Positions 11,529 through 21,006 are shown, counted from the first letter of the whole stretch. The stretch: DNA of 63,739 nt, filler included, from Deltaproteobacteria bacterium (GCA_016218805.1; 3 parts of 3 records of this genome joined end to end with filler, not necessarily neighbours in it); one strand, 5' to 3'. Made by a program: numbers and translations. Notes: generated from the sequence alone by a model not told the origin.

Positions 11529-12169
11529 AGCGGGCCGTCCTGCCCGTCCTGCTGCTGGCCGCCGCGTGCGGCGGCGGGCGCGCGGTCATCCGGGCCAGCG
11601 CGGAGCAGGGGGCGCGCCTGGTGCAGTCCGCGGCGGGCGTGCCCAGCCACCTGGCGTGTGCCCACTGCCACGCCAACACCGACGAGCTCCGCCGCGGCGA
11701 ACGCTCACCCGGGCCCGGCTGGCCGGGGATGGCGGGCAACGGGGCGCTCAAGGGGATCCCGGGCATGTCGCTGGTGGACGCGGTCACCCGCTGCGCCATG
11801 ACCTATCAAGCGCGCAGCCTGTCTCCGGCGCAGGCCGCTGACATGGCCGCGTGGATTGCGGAGCAGGGGGACGCGCCCACGGTGCCGCGGGTGGAGGAGG
11901 CGGCCGGTGACCCTACGGCTGAGGCGTTCAAACTCGCGCCGGACATGGACCGGGGGCAGGAGGTCTGGGGGCAAGCGTGCGCCCGCTGCCACGACGACGG
12001 GCCGGGCCCGCCCGCACGCGAGCTGCAGACCCAGGCGCGCCTGGAGATCCTGCAGAAGATCTATGGGACCCCGCCGGACCTGTCGCGCGGGATGCCCGCG
12101 TGGACGCGCGCCACCCTGCCGCCGCAGGACGCCGCTGACGTCGCCGCCTGGCTCCACCCCGGCATGTGA
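11525..12169 (+). CDS. Di-heme c-type cytochrome lipoprotein
   Basis: Lipobox-like LAAAC; CAHCH and CARCH heme motifs; RGMP near C-terminus. Confidence 0.7.
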   Translation: MKRAVLPVLLLAAACGGGRAVIRASAEQGARLVQSAAGVPSHLACAHCHANTDELRRGERSPGPGWPGMAGNGALKGIPGMSLVDAVTRCAMTYQARSLSPAQAADMAAWIAEQGDAPTVPRVEEAAGDPTAEAFKLAPDMDRGQEVWGQACARCHDDGPGPPARELQTQARLEILQKIYGTPPDLSRGMPAWTRATLPPQDAADVAAWLHPGM

Positions 12170-12175
12170 GAGCGC

Positions 12176-13441
12176 TCAACGCGCAGGCGGCAGCGCCAGC
12201 CCGTCGGGTTCCGTGGTCCCCACCACCACCACAGCGGCCAGCATGGGGTGCGCGGGATCCTTGCCGGTGGCCGCCATGCCCACGCCCACAAGGGTGGGCA
12301 CCGCGCGCGTCAGTGCCCACAGCGCCACCGGGTTGCGGTCCAGCTGCGCGCCCAGGTCCTCCGCCGTGGGACCCCACAGCTTGAACACGCGCACGCTGGC
12401 CGCGGCTTCGGCAGCCTGGCGGGCCCGCGGTTCCGAAACGGGCGCGGACATCCAGCCGCGTCCCGCGCTGGCCTGGTTGGCCTCTTCCTGCGCCACGGCC
12501 TCCAGCACGCCGGACACCTGCGGGGTGGACCCGCCCCGGGAGATGCGGAGCTGCTGCACGGAGGCGCGCAGGTTGGTGAGCGCCATGGGCGCCGGCTGCG
12601 CGGACACGTGCAGTTCCGGACCAAACGCCCCCGGCATGACCAGTCCCGGCGGATCCACGTGGAAGCGCGCAGCCTCCGCGCCGTGGATGTCCAGGATGGT
12701 CACGTGGCCCGGCTTGCCGGACTGCAGCGCGGGCAGGGCCAGCTTGAGCAGATTCCCAGTGGCTACGGGCGTGAGCTCCACCAGGTCCACCGGGCGGCCC
12801 GGCCACGCCACCAGCGCGCGGCGGCTCCCGCCCGGCGGCACCACTGCGTGGACCTCCAGCGCCGCATTGGTGCCCACCGCGCGCGGCGTGGGGTCCAGCG
12901 TCACCTGCCGGCGCGCCGCCAGCACCGTCACAAACGTGCGCTCCTCGTCCAGAAGCGTGGCAATCCCGACGAGGATCTCCCCCGACCCGGCCGCGCAATC
13001 TGCCAGGCCCTGCAGCGCCTCTGGCGGCACGGTGGCGGCCTCCTTGCGGGACCACCAGCAACGGTTGCAGGAGGGGCGCTCGTAGATGCCGGCCCAGGAA
13101 AGCGCGGCTTCCACCACGGCGGGGCTGACCTCGCAGGCTTCACGGGTGCGGTCCAGCGCGCGGCGGTGGTTCAGCGCGCTGGCCGCGCGCGTGAGCCGCG
13201 CATCCAGCGTGGGCGGCCCCATGCCGCGGGGCGCCAGCAGGGCGGCCACCTGGTCCAGCGCGGCGCGCTCCGCGGGGAGCACGCGCGGGTGCGGCTCGGC
13301 GCCGCCCCACAGCGGGGCACGCGGACCGTACGGTGGCGTGGAAGACGCGCACCCGGCCAGCCAGAGCGTCATCGCCCCGACGAGAAACCGGGATCCCGGG
13401 TGCGTGGAACGGCGGGCGGAGCGGCCCACGCGGAAAGGCAT
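12176..13441 (-). CDS. Hypothetical lipoprotein (weakly CAP-domain-like)
   Basis: LAGC lipobox; LDARLTRAA and VGVGMA segments; ATG overlaps rplS stop (TGATG). Confidence 0.5.
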   Translation of the reverse strand: MPFRVGRSARRSTHPGSRFLVGAMTLWLAGCASSTPPYGPRAPLWGGAEPHPRVLPAERAALDQVAALLAPRGMGPPTLDARLTRAASALNHRRALDRTREACEVSPAVVEAALSWAGIYERPSCNRCWWSRKEAATVPPEALQGLADCAAGSGEILVGIATLLDEERTFVTVLAARRQVTLDPTPRAVGTNAALEVHAVVPPGGSRRALVAWPGRPVDLVELTPVATGNLLKLALPALQSGKPGHVTILDIHGAEAARFHVDPPGLVMPGAFGPELHVSAQPAPMALTNLRASVQQLRISRGGSTPQVSGVLEAVAQEEANQASAGRGWMSAPVSEPRARQAAEAAASVRVFKLWGPTAEDLGAQLDRNPVALWALTRAVPTLVGVGMAATGKDPAHPMLAAVVVVGTTEPDGLALPPAR

Positions 13442-13821
13442 CAACCCTGGGCGGGGGCCGCCGGGGCCGCCGGCGTGTCGTCGCGGCGCTCCTTGATGCG
13501 CGCCGCCTTACCCTGCACGTCGCGCAGGTAGTACAGCTTGGCGCGCCGCACGGAGCCCTTGGTGGCCACCTCCAGCTTGTCAATGAGCGGGCTGGACAGC
13601 GGGAAGATGCGCTCCACGCCAACGCCAAAGCTCATCTTGCGCACGGTCACCGTCTTGCTCTGTGACATGCCCTTGGTACGGATGGCCACGCCTTCGAACA
13701 CCTGCACCCGCTCCTTGTCACCCTCCTTGATCTTGAAGTGCACCTTGACGGTGTCACCGATCCGGAAGTCCGGGTGGTCGTTCCTCAGCTGCGACTTGTC
13801 GACGATGTCCGTTCTCTGCAT
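13441..13821 (-). CDS. rplS: 50S ribosomal protein L19
   Basis: [37 protein letters not shown]. Confidence 0.98.
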   Translation of the reverse strand: MQRTDIVDKSQLRNDHPDFRIGDTVKVHFKIKEGDKERVQVFEGVAIRTKGMSQSKTVTVRKMSFGVGVERIFPLSSPLIDKLEVATKGSVRRAKLYYLRDVQGKAARIKERRDDTPAAPAAPAQG

Positions 13822-13886
13822 GGCCTACTCCCGCCGGTCACGGCACCCCGTCCGGGGGCTGTTGCACCTATGGAAAAGGGGCGGCG

Positions 13887-13915
13887 CTTATGCGTGAGGG
13901 GACTGTTGCTGTCAA
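13887..13915 (-). promoter_or_regulatory. Putative sigma70 promoter of rplS
   Basis: Minus strand TTGACA, 17-bp spacer, CATAAG. Confidence 0.45.
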
Positions 13916-14198
13916 GCGGGATGGATGCCGGCGGTCAGCGCCCGGCTCGCCTCTGTCCACACGTTCCTCATGCAGCAGGCAGCCGCTCCGCGGGACCGGT
14001 CGCCAGTTCCAGCGCGTTCCTTCGGCGCGCTCGCCGCCTTGCTGGGGAACGCCAACGCCCTGCATGCGCCGCGGTGCGCCGCCGAACGGGCGCAGCGCAC
14101 GCCATCGTCCCGCCTGTCGGCGCGCGTGCTCCAGCGCCCTGACGTGGGCGCGGGAGCCGCCCGTTGCCCACCCCAAACCTGCACGGTAGGACGCCGCC

Positions 14199-15275
14199 AT
14201 GCTCAAGCGGCTCCGCGTACAGGGCTACCAGACGCTGGTCGACACGGAGTTGCTGCTCACTCCGTTCACGCTGCTGCTGGGGAAGAACGGAGCAGGCAAG
14301 ACCGCGCTGTTGGACGCCATCGCGCGCGTCGCCAGTTTCGCCCGCGGTGGCCCCAAGCTGATGTTCGGCCCGGCGCCGGTCGATATCGACCTCCGTAGAA
14401 CCAACGGACACGGCGGCCGTCTTCCCTTGTCGTTTGAAGTGGACTTCGACTTCGGCCAAACGCTCTATCGCCTTCGCATCGAACTGCCGGTGAAGCGTGG
14501 CAGCGCGGACCCCGGCGTCGAGAACGTGCGCCTCGTGCGCCTTCCGGCCAACGAGGTCGTGCATCTGCTGCCCCCCGTCATCCCGGGCCAACCACCCCAG
14601 GACCCGGCCGAGTACAACAAAGCGCTGGCGTCTGTTGCCACGGCGCGCGTGTTCGACCTCGACCCGCGGCAGATTGAGCGGCCGTGCGACGAGCACCAGT
14701 CGGGCCTGCGGCGCGATGGCCACGGCGTCGCCAGCTTCCTGGCCAACCTGCCCCCCGACCGACTCCGGGAGTTGGAGGACCGGTTCAAACGGCTTCGGCC
14801 TGGCACCGTTGCCCTCAAGGTGTGGGGTGGTGACGCCAGCCAGGTCTACTGGGGAGTGCAGGACACCGACGCGGGGGACTGGAGCATTCCCGCACCGTTG
14901 CTGTCCTGGGGGGATCGGCTGTTGGTGGGGATGCTCTGCGCGCTGTTCTCGAGCAGTCCGGGTGCGCTGGTCGGTTTTGAGGAAGCGGACCGGGGCTTCC
15001 ACCCGTCCCGGTACCAGGCCGTGGTGGAGCTGCTTTCCGAGGCCACGGAGATCGGCGTCGGAACGGACGGCCCGGTGCAGGTGATCGCTACCAGCCACAG
15101 CCCGGCGTTGGTGTCGCGGTTCCATGACCGCCTGGATGAACTGAGACTCGTCACCCGCAAAGGGTCCGAGGGGTCTCGCGTCCATTCAGTCGCGGACCTT
15201 GTGAAGGCTCGGCTGGGCGTTGACCGGACCACCGCGCCCATCGGTGACGTCTGGGCGATGGATCTGTTGGAGTAG
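14199..15275 (+). CDS. ABC-type (AAA_15/AAA_21-like) ATPase
   Basis: Walker A GKNGAGKT, signature LSWGD, Walker B FEEADRGFHP, H-loop ATSHSP; no TM segments. Confidence 0.85.
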   Translation: MLKRLRVQGYQTLVDTELLLTPFTLLLGKNGAGKTALLDAIARVASFARGGPKLMFGPAPVDIDLRRTNGHGGRLPLSFEVDFDFGQTLYRLRIELPVKRGSADPGVENVRLVRLPANEVVHLLPPVIPGQPPQDPAEYNKALASVATARVFDLDPRQIERPCDEHQSGLRRDGHGVASFLANLPPDRLRELEDRFKRLRPGTVALKVWGGDASQVYWGVQDTDAGDWSIPAPLLSWGDRLLVGMLCALFSSSPGALVGFEEADRGFHPSRYQAVVELLSEATEIGVGTDGPVQVIATSHSPALVSRFHDRLDELRLVTRKGSEGSRVHSVADLVKARLGVDRTTAPIGDVWAMDLLE

Positions 15276-15277
15276 CC

Positions 15278-15838
15278 ATGCGCGTGCTTGTTGCTGCGGA
15301 AGGCCCCGTGGATGAGGTCGTCCTCGGCATGCTCCGCCAGCGCGTGGGCGCGGAGGTCACGTACAAGACGTTCCAATCGCGGGGTATTGACCAGGTGCTG
15401 AGGCTGGCAACCGACGTGGTACGCGCGGCTCATTTCGGCGGGTTTGACCTGCTGGTGATTCACGCGGACGCTGATGACTCCCCACCCCATCAGCCCGCGC
15501 ACGTTGAGGCAAGGTGCAGGGTCTGCCGTCTTGAAGCGTGCGTGGCCACGGCGATGCCGACGCTGCGGGACATCGGCAGGGCCAGCCCCCTGCGCACGGT
15601 GGTTGCCGTGCCATGCCAATCGACCGACGCCTGGCTGCTGTGGGGTCGGGACGACGGGGCGCCCACGGCGGTGGAGCAACGGCATCGCCACGACGTGAAG
15701 CGCGCCCTGTTTGGCGAACGGAAGTCAGGCCACGAAGCCGCGGCGCTGGGATGGGTGGGCCAACTCCGTGACCGGTTGGATCGCGGCGAGATGCCGCCCG
15801 AGGCGCTGCAGAGGGTGGTTCTCGCCGTTCGCCGCTGA
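15278..15838 (+). CDS. TOPRIM-like (DUF4276-like) protein
   Basis: N-terminal VAAEGPVD, HADAD (DxD), TDAWLL; 2 bp after ATPase stop. Confidence 0.65.
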   Translation: MRVLVAAEGPVDEVVLGMLRQRVGAEVTYKTFQSRGIDQVLRLATDVVRAAHFGGFDLLVIHADADDSPPHQPAHVEARCRVCRLEACVATAMPTLRDIGRASPLRTVVAVPCQSTDAWLLWGRDDGAPTAVEQRHRHDVKRALFGERKSGHEAAALGWVGQLRDRLDRGEMPPEALQRVVLAVRR

Positions 15839-15913
15839 TTCGAGTCCTGCCACCCGTCCACCCGTGCTGAGTTGCGGCCCGGCGCCGCGGCGGCCGGCGG
15901 CCCCTCGCCTTGT

Positions 15914-17101
15914 CTACCGTCCATCACCCGTGAGCCACTCGCGGAACTCCTTGAGCGCGTCCGCCACGGCCTCCGGTCCGCTGCGCACCGCCGCGGTGTC
16001 CGCCGAATACCCGAGCAGCTCATAGAACGCCTTGCCGGTGACCGCCTGTCCGTTGCGGGTGCCGCGCACCGTCATGCCGCCCTCCCAGTAGTCCGGGAAG
16101 AACGGTCCCTGCGTGAGGAAGTTGCGCGGGCCCTTGCCCACCATCTCCTGGTTGAACATCACCGGGTCCAGCTCCAGCACGGCGTTGAAAGCGGGGATGC
16201 TCACCGTCGGACGGAGCGGGTAACGGCAGCCGGTCACCGGGCTCACCCACGGCTGGCCGCGGTCCGTCACGGACATCACCGGCGCCTGTCCCTGGTCCGT
16301 CATGGCCTGCAGGTTCTGCTGGGTGCCGTCTGCCAGCAGGATGCTGGCATTGGTCTGCACCACGTTGCCCGCCGCGTCCCAGAAGATGAACGTGATGATC
16401 TCGGTCAGGTCATCCAGCTGGATCCCGAACCACCGCCAGCGGTCATACCCGTCAAAGAACGCCATGTCCCCCCACTGGTGGTCCATCCACGCCTGGCCGC
16501 GCACCGGCGTCACCACGCCGTTGATGGACACCGTGCCCACCGCGTCCATGTACGGGAACGAGTAGTAGCGGGACAGGCCCAGCGGACCCATGTGGACTTC
16601 GCCCTGGCCGCCCACCAGCAGCGGCTGCGGCTTGCGCGCCTGGTCCAGGGCCAGCGTGACCAGCACGTCTTTGCCAAACGGCGCCACCAGTGACAGCGCC
16701 TGCCCGCCGGTGCGCTCCATGGAGCCCACCGGGCCGACCCACGTGGCGAAGCTGCTCTCCAGGTGCCCCTGCGCCAGCCCGTGGGTGTCCATGGGGTTCC
16801 ACGGGATGACGTAGGGTTTCACTTCGCGGAGGGCAAAGTGCAGCGGGTCATTGTCCGGGGAGCGCACCGTCAGCCCACCGTCAAGCGCGGTGGCGCCCAG
16901 GATGTCTGGGAAGTTCACCGGGGGGTGCCAGTGGTCCGGGTTGAACTTCACTTCCAGCACGCTGGGCATGTTCACCAGTGCGGAGAAGAAGTCATACCGG
17001 CCGCCCTCAACATCAGCGAGGTGGCCGTTCATGTACCACCACTCGGTCTTGGCACGGGGGTGCACGCCTTCGTCGGCGGGAAACTGGATGGGGTTGGGCA
17101 T
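15914..17101 (-). CDS. AttH/CrtC-like lipocalin-fold protein
   Basis: HP..KTEWWYMNGHL, SRYYSFP, GQAWMDHQWG, WRWFGIQLDD, YWEG, YELLGY. Confidence 0.82.
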   Translation of the reverse strand: MPNPIQFPADEGVHPRAKTEWWYMNGHLADVEGGRYDFFSALVNMPSVLEVKFNPDHWHPPVNFPDILGATALDGGLTVRSPDNDPLHFALREVKPYVIPWNPMDTHGLAQGHLESSFATWVGPVGSMERTGGQALSLVAPFGKDVLVTLALDQARKPQPLLVGGQGEVHMGPLGLSRYYSFPYMDAVGTVSINGVVTPVRGQAWMDHQWGDMAFFDGYDRWRWFGIQLDDLTEIITFIFWDAAGNVVQTNASILLADGTQQNLQAMTDQGQAPVMSVTDRGQPWVSPVTGCRYPLRPTVSIPAFNAVLELDPVMFNQEMVGKGPRNFLTQGPFFPDYWEGGMTVRGTRNGQAVTGKAFYELLGYSADTAAVRSGPEAVADALKEFREWLTGDGR

Positions 17102-17172
17102 GGCGGGAGCTTGGGGTGACGACGGACGTTGACGCAACTTGGACCCCGGCGGCGGCCACCGTGCGCGCGCGC

Positions 17173-17202
17173 TTGAGATCCGCACCGCGCTCCTGCTATG
17201 GC
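17173..17202 (+). promoter_or_regulatory. Putative sigma70 promoter of rpmB
   Basis: TTGAGA, 18-bp spacer with extended TG, TATGGC. Confidence 0.35.
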
Positions 17203-17262
17203 GCACGCCCCTTTCACATGGGTCCCGGGAGAATCGGGGCCCCGGCAACTTGAGGTCGTGTC

Positions 17263-17451
17263 ATGCCCGCCCACTGCCAGATCTGCGGCAAGCACCGGAT
17301 GGTTGGAAACACGGTGTCCCACGCCAACAACCGCCAGCTCACCAAGAACTACCCCAACGTGCAGCGCGTGCACGCCGTCGTGGACGGCGTCCCGCAGCGC
17401 GTGAACGCCTGCACCCGCTGCATCCGCAGCGGCAAGGTTGTGAAGGGCTGA
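17263..17451 (+). CDS. rpmB: 50S ribosomal protein L28 (CxxC-CxxC type)
   Basis: CQICGK..GNTVSHANN..PNVQ..CTRCIRSG. Confidence 0.96.
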   Translation: MPAHCQICGKHRMVGNTVSHANNRQLTKNYPNVQRVHAVVDGVPQRVNACTRCIRSGKVVKG

Positions 17452-17546
17452 TTGACCCGTGTGGCCGGCGGCCGCCGCGCCGCCCGGCCGCCGCGTGTTG
17501 TCCATGGACCCCACCCCGCCGGCTTGCTGCCGTCGGTGCGTGGGGT

Positions 17547-18257
17547 TCAGGCGTTCCTGCGGGCCACCACGCTGTAGAAGCTCCCCCAGGCCGCCAGCGG
17601 ATCCGCCAGCTCGCTCTCCAGCGCGCGCAGCGCCGTGGACAGCAGCGGGATGCGCAGCGCCTGCGGCACCAGGGTCACCACGCGCGCCCCGCGTTCGCCC
17701 ACCACCGCAAAGTCCGGCGGAAGGTACCCGCGCGCCTGCTGCGGCGTATCAAACCGCACAAACACGTCCTTCTCGTCCACGCCCGCCGCCACGCGGCCCG
17801 CCGGCTTCACCTTCCACAGCAGGCCGCGCACGCTGCGCGGGTTGTAGAACTCGGCAATGAGCACGCCCCCCGGGCGCACCAGGCGGCCCAGCTCTGCCAG
17901 CGCCTGGCGGATGGGCTCCACGTGGGGCAGCACCTTGAAGCTGCACACCAGGTCAAAGCTGGCGTCCGGAAACGGGAGGGCGGTGATGGCGGCCTGCGCC
18001 ACCCGGTGCCCGCGCGCGCGCGCCTTCTGCAGCATCCCCAGCGACAGGTCCACGCCCACCGCGCGGCGGCAGTAGGGGCGCACGCGCTCCAGGATGAGCC
18101 CGGTGCCGCAGCCCGCCTCCAGCACGTCCCCGCCGCGCGCGTGGCGCACCACCAGGCCGGCTTCCAGCTCGTCCAGCAGGGCGTGGTATCCGTCGGCGCG
18201 GCGGTCGTCATACCGCTCGGCAAACGCGTCGTAGTAGGCACGGTTGTCACGGGGCAT
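17547..18257 (-). CDS. Class I SAM-dependent methyltransferase
   Basis: VLEAGCGTG, GVDLS, LPFPDASFDLV, VRPGG. Confidence 0.88.
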   Translation of the reverse strand: MPRDNRAYYDAFAERYDDRRADGYHALLDELEAGLVVRHARGGDVLEAGCGTGLILERVRPYCRRAVGVDLSLGMLQKARARGHRVAQAAITALPFPDASFDLVCSFKVLPHVEPIRQALAELGRLVRPGGVLIAEFYNPRSVRGLLWKVKPAGRVAAGVDEKDVFVRFDTPQQARGYLPPDFAVVGERGARVVTLVPQALRIPLLSTALRALESELADPLAAWGSFYSVVARRNA

Positions 18258-18281
18258 GGCGTGTTCCGGCGGAGGCGCGGC

Positions 18282-19250
18282 GTGGAAGGGGCGACACCGT
18301 ACACCAGCCTGGAGCCGGGACAATGGCCAGCAGAATGGCGGGCGCCGCTGCCCGGGCCGTGGGCGGCGGCCGGCGGGCGCGTGTTCCACGCAGCGCACGT
18401 GCGCGCCGGGGCCCCGCCCGGGTTGTCGACGTCACGGCGGGGGGCGCTGGCTGCGTTTCCCGCGTGCCTGGTGGCGCGCGCGGTGCTGCCGGGCACCGGG
18501 TCCGGCACGGAGGTCCTGGGCGAGGGTCCGCTGGACCTGCAGGGCCTGGCGCGCGCGGTGGTGGTGCTCACGCACGGCGGACCGCGCATGGCGGACATCC
18601 AGCGAGACCGTCCGGTGGGGCCCGCGGAGGTGGCGGACCCGCTCACCGGGCGGACGCCACGCGCGCTGGCGCCGGAGGAATGGACCGCGCTGCACCGCGC
18701 GTGGGTGGACGAAGGAGGGCGCGCGCTGGCGGCGGGCGCGTGGGGCGTGGGGGTGGAAGCCGCGCGCGGGCAGCTGTGGCACGCGGCGCTGAGCCCGCTG
18801 ACCGGGGGAGGTGCGCCGGGGCTGGCGCGGCTGTGCGCGCTGGTGACGGACCTGCGTGCGCTCTCAGACCGCGTGCTGGTGTCACTGTGCGTGGAGGACG
18901 TGGCGGTGGGTGGACTGCATGCCGGGGCGGGCGTGGAGCATGCGCGCGCGCTGGTGGCCGCGGGGGCCACCGCGTTGGTGGTGCGCACGGGGAGCGCGTG
19001 GAACGCCGCGCGGTTGGTGCCGCCGCCACCCCGCTTCCCGCACGAAGAAGGCCCGGCGCTGCACGCCGCGGCGTGGACGCGCCACGCGCTTGCTTCCGCC
19101 GCCGGTGCGCCGCCTGGGAGGGCGAGGCTCCTGCCGAGCCCGTGGGAGCGGGTGCCGGTGCTGGTGGCCGGGGCGCTGCAGAGCGTGGAGACAATCAGCG
19201 CGGCGCTGGCGCGCGCCTGCGACGGGGTGTGCGTGGAGAGCTGGGAGTGA
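18282..19250 (+). CDS. Degenerate NADH:flavin oxidoreductase (old yellow enzyme)-like protein
   Basis: LTHGG, PRALAPEE, RALAAGAWGVGVEAARGQL..LSPLT and VPVLVAG align with OYE blocks; start uncertain. Confidence 0.55.
   Translation: MEGATPYTSLEPGQWPAEWRAPLPGPWAAAGGRVFHAAHVRAGAPPGLSTSRRGALAAFPACLVARAVLPGTGSGTEVLGEGPLDLQGLARAVVVLTHGGPRMADIQRDRPVGPAEVADPLTGRTPRALAPEEWTALHRAWVDEGGRALAAGAWGVGVEAARGQLWHAALSPLTGGGAPGLARLCALVTDLRALSDRVLVSLCVEDVAVGGLHAGAGVEHARALVAAGATALVVRTGSAWNAARLVPPPPRFPHEEGPALHAAAWTRHALASAAGAPPGRARLLPSPWERVPVLVAGALQSVETISAALARACDGVCVESWE
19116..19141 (+). repeat. REP-like element (copy 1, inside CDS)
   Basis: GGGAGGGCGAGGCTCCTGCCGAGCCC; 24/26 identical to 57541-57566. Confidence 0.55.
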
Positions 19251-19253
19251 GGA

Positions 19254-20195
19254 TCAGGCCGCGCGCACGTAGTCGTGCTGCAGCAGGTAGACCAGGTGGG
19301 TGGAGGTCTCGTAGTCCGTGCCCGGTGCGCGGTTGAGCACTTCCTGCACCTGCCCGTGGTTGTAGACCAGTTGCAGGATGTCCAGCTGTTCCTTGGTGAG
19401 CTCGGACAGGGGCGCGTTGAGCGGCTGCGCCATGGTCAGCATCTGGTCGGCGCCGGGCATGTCGGTCTTGAGCCGGCTCATTTCGTCCAGCTGCCGCAGG
19501 CCCTCCATGATGATGGCCTCAGTGCTGTCTTCCAGTTCCAGCAGGAACTCCTCGTCGGAGGGCGGCAGCATCTCAAAGTCGCCATCCGTCCAGGTCAGCA
19601 TGCGGCACACGGACTTCATGGGGCCAAGATCGTGATTGTCGTCAATCACTGCGTAGTAGAGCTTGCCGTTGCGCAGGAAGACCTTGCCCACGCCCAGCGG
19701 CCCGTTGATCTGCAGCACGCCGCTCTTCTTGGAGGTGCCAAACAACTGCAGCAGGTCGGGCAGGGGCACTTCGCGGATGGTGCCTTGCATGGTGGCGGAC
19801 TGCTGCTGCTGCGCCACGTCCTGCAGGATGCTCTTGACCTGCGCAATGTCAAACGTGGACGCATCAACCGAGCTCTCTGACTGCGAGATGACCTTGATGA
19901 TGGAGGTGCCAATCAGGATGCGGTCACCTTCCTTGAGCCGGTGCTTCTTGATCTTCTCCCCGTTGACAAACGTCCCGTTGGTGCTGCCCAGGTCCTGGAT
20001 GCTGACCTGCCCGCCGGTGGTGGAGATCTTGGCGTGCTTGCGGCTGACCATGTCCTCCATGAGGACCATGTCCAGGTCCCCGGAGCGGCCGACGACCAGT
20101 TCCTTGTTGGCAAGCAGCGGGAATTCCCCGCCCTGGTATTTCCCGGAGATGAAGCGCAGGGCCAATCCGGAAGCTTGCTCGGCCACGATGGTCAT
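19254..20195 (-). CDS. FHA + DUF4388 domain protein
   Basis: VGRS, VSRKHA, DLGSTNGTFVNG (FHA); MQGTIREVPLPDLLQL..KKSGVL (DUF4388). Confidence 0.88.
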   Translation of the reverse strand: MTIVAEQASGLALRFISGKYQGGEFPLLANKELVVGRSGDLDMVLMEDMVSRKHAKISTTGGQVSIQDLGSTNGTFVNGEKIKKHRLKEGDRILIGTSIIKVISQSESSVDASTFDIAQVKSILQDVAQQQQSATMQGTIREVPLPDLLQLFGTSKKSGVLQINGPLGVGKVFLRNGKLYYAVIDDNHDLGPMKSVCRMLTWTDGDFEMLPPSDEEFLLELEDSTEAIIMEGLRQLDEMSRLKTDMPGADQMLTMAQPLNAPLSELTKEQLDILQLVYNHGQVQEVLNRAPGTDYETSTHLVYLLQHDYVRAA

Positions 20196-20241
20196 CCTCC
20201 AGGGCGCTACCGTACGGCCGGTTCAAGGGGCCGGGCAAGTT

Positions 20242-21006
20242 TCAGGCGTTTCCATCGCCCGGTTTGGAGCCGTCGGGTCCGGCGGCGTTGGCGCGCTGGC
20301 GGTCCTGGATCATGCGCAGGTACAGCGTGGCGCGGGCGTGGCCGGGCTCTTTCTGCAGCACGCCTTCCAGCTCGCTCACCGCCGCGTCCGAATCCCCGGC
20401 GCTGTACAGCGCAATGCCCAGGTTGATGCGCGCGGGGATGTGCTGCGGGTTCTGCTGCAGGATGGTGCGCAGCTGGTGGATGGCCTCCTGCTTGTCGCCC
20501 ACGTCCCGGTAGGCGCCGGCCAGCTTGAGGCGGATGTCCATGAAGGTGGGGCGCAGCGCCAGCGCGCGCTCGTATTCGGCCACCGCCTGGCGGAACGCGC
20601 CGCAGGACACGTACACGTCACCAATGTCCGCGTACATGTTGGCCACCTTGCCCTTCACAAACGGGTCCAGCTCGCCCTGCGCCTCGGCGCCCATGGACAG
20701 CGCCTTGCGGTAGGTCTCCTTGGCCTCCTGGTACTTGCCCAGGTCATTGTACGTGACGGCCAGGTTGAGCGCGGCCTCCGTGTAGCGCGGGTTGATGCGC
20801 AGTGCCTGCTCAAAGCTCTGCTGCGCGCGGCTGAACTGGCCCTGGTCGTGGTAGATGACGCCCAGCATGTTGTAGACGTCCGCGAAGTTCTTCCCCTCGC
20901 GGGCCACCTGCGCCAGGTACGGCTCGGCCTTCGTGTACTCCTTGTTCAGGTAGTACTCGCGCCCGATGGTCAGGGCCTGCTTGAGGTTGTCATCCAGCTC
21001 CGTCAT
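20242..21006 (-). CDS. Tetratricopeptide repeat protein
   Basis: Successive TPR units (YNMLGVIY, ALNLAVTY, RINLGIAL). Confidence 0.85.
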   Translation of the reverse strand: MTELDDNLKQALTIGREYYLNKEYTKAEPYLAQVAREGKNFADVYNMLGVIYHDQGQFSRAQQSFEQALRINPRYTEAALNLAVTYNDLGKYQEAKETYRKALSMGAEAQGELDPFVKGKVANMYADIGDVYVSCGAFRQAVAEYERALALRPTFMDIRLKLAGAYRDVGDKQEAIHQLRTILQQNPQHIPARINLGIALYSAGDSDAAVSELEGVLQKEPGHARATLYLRMIQDRQRANAAGPDGSKPGDGNA

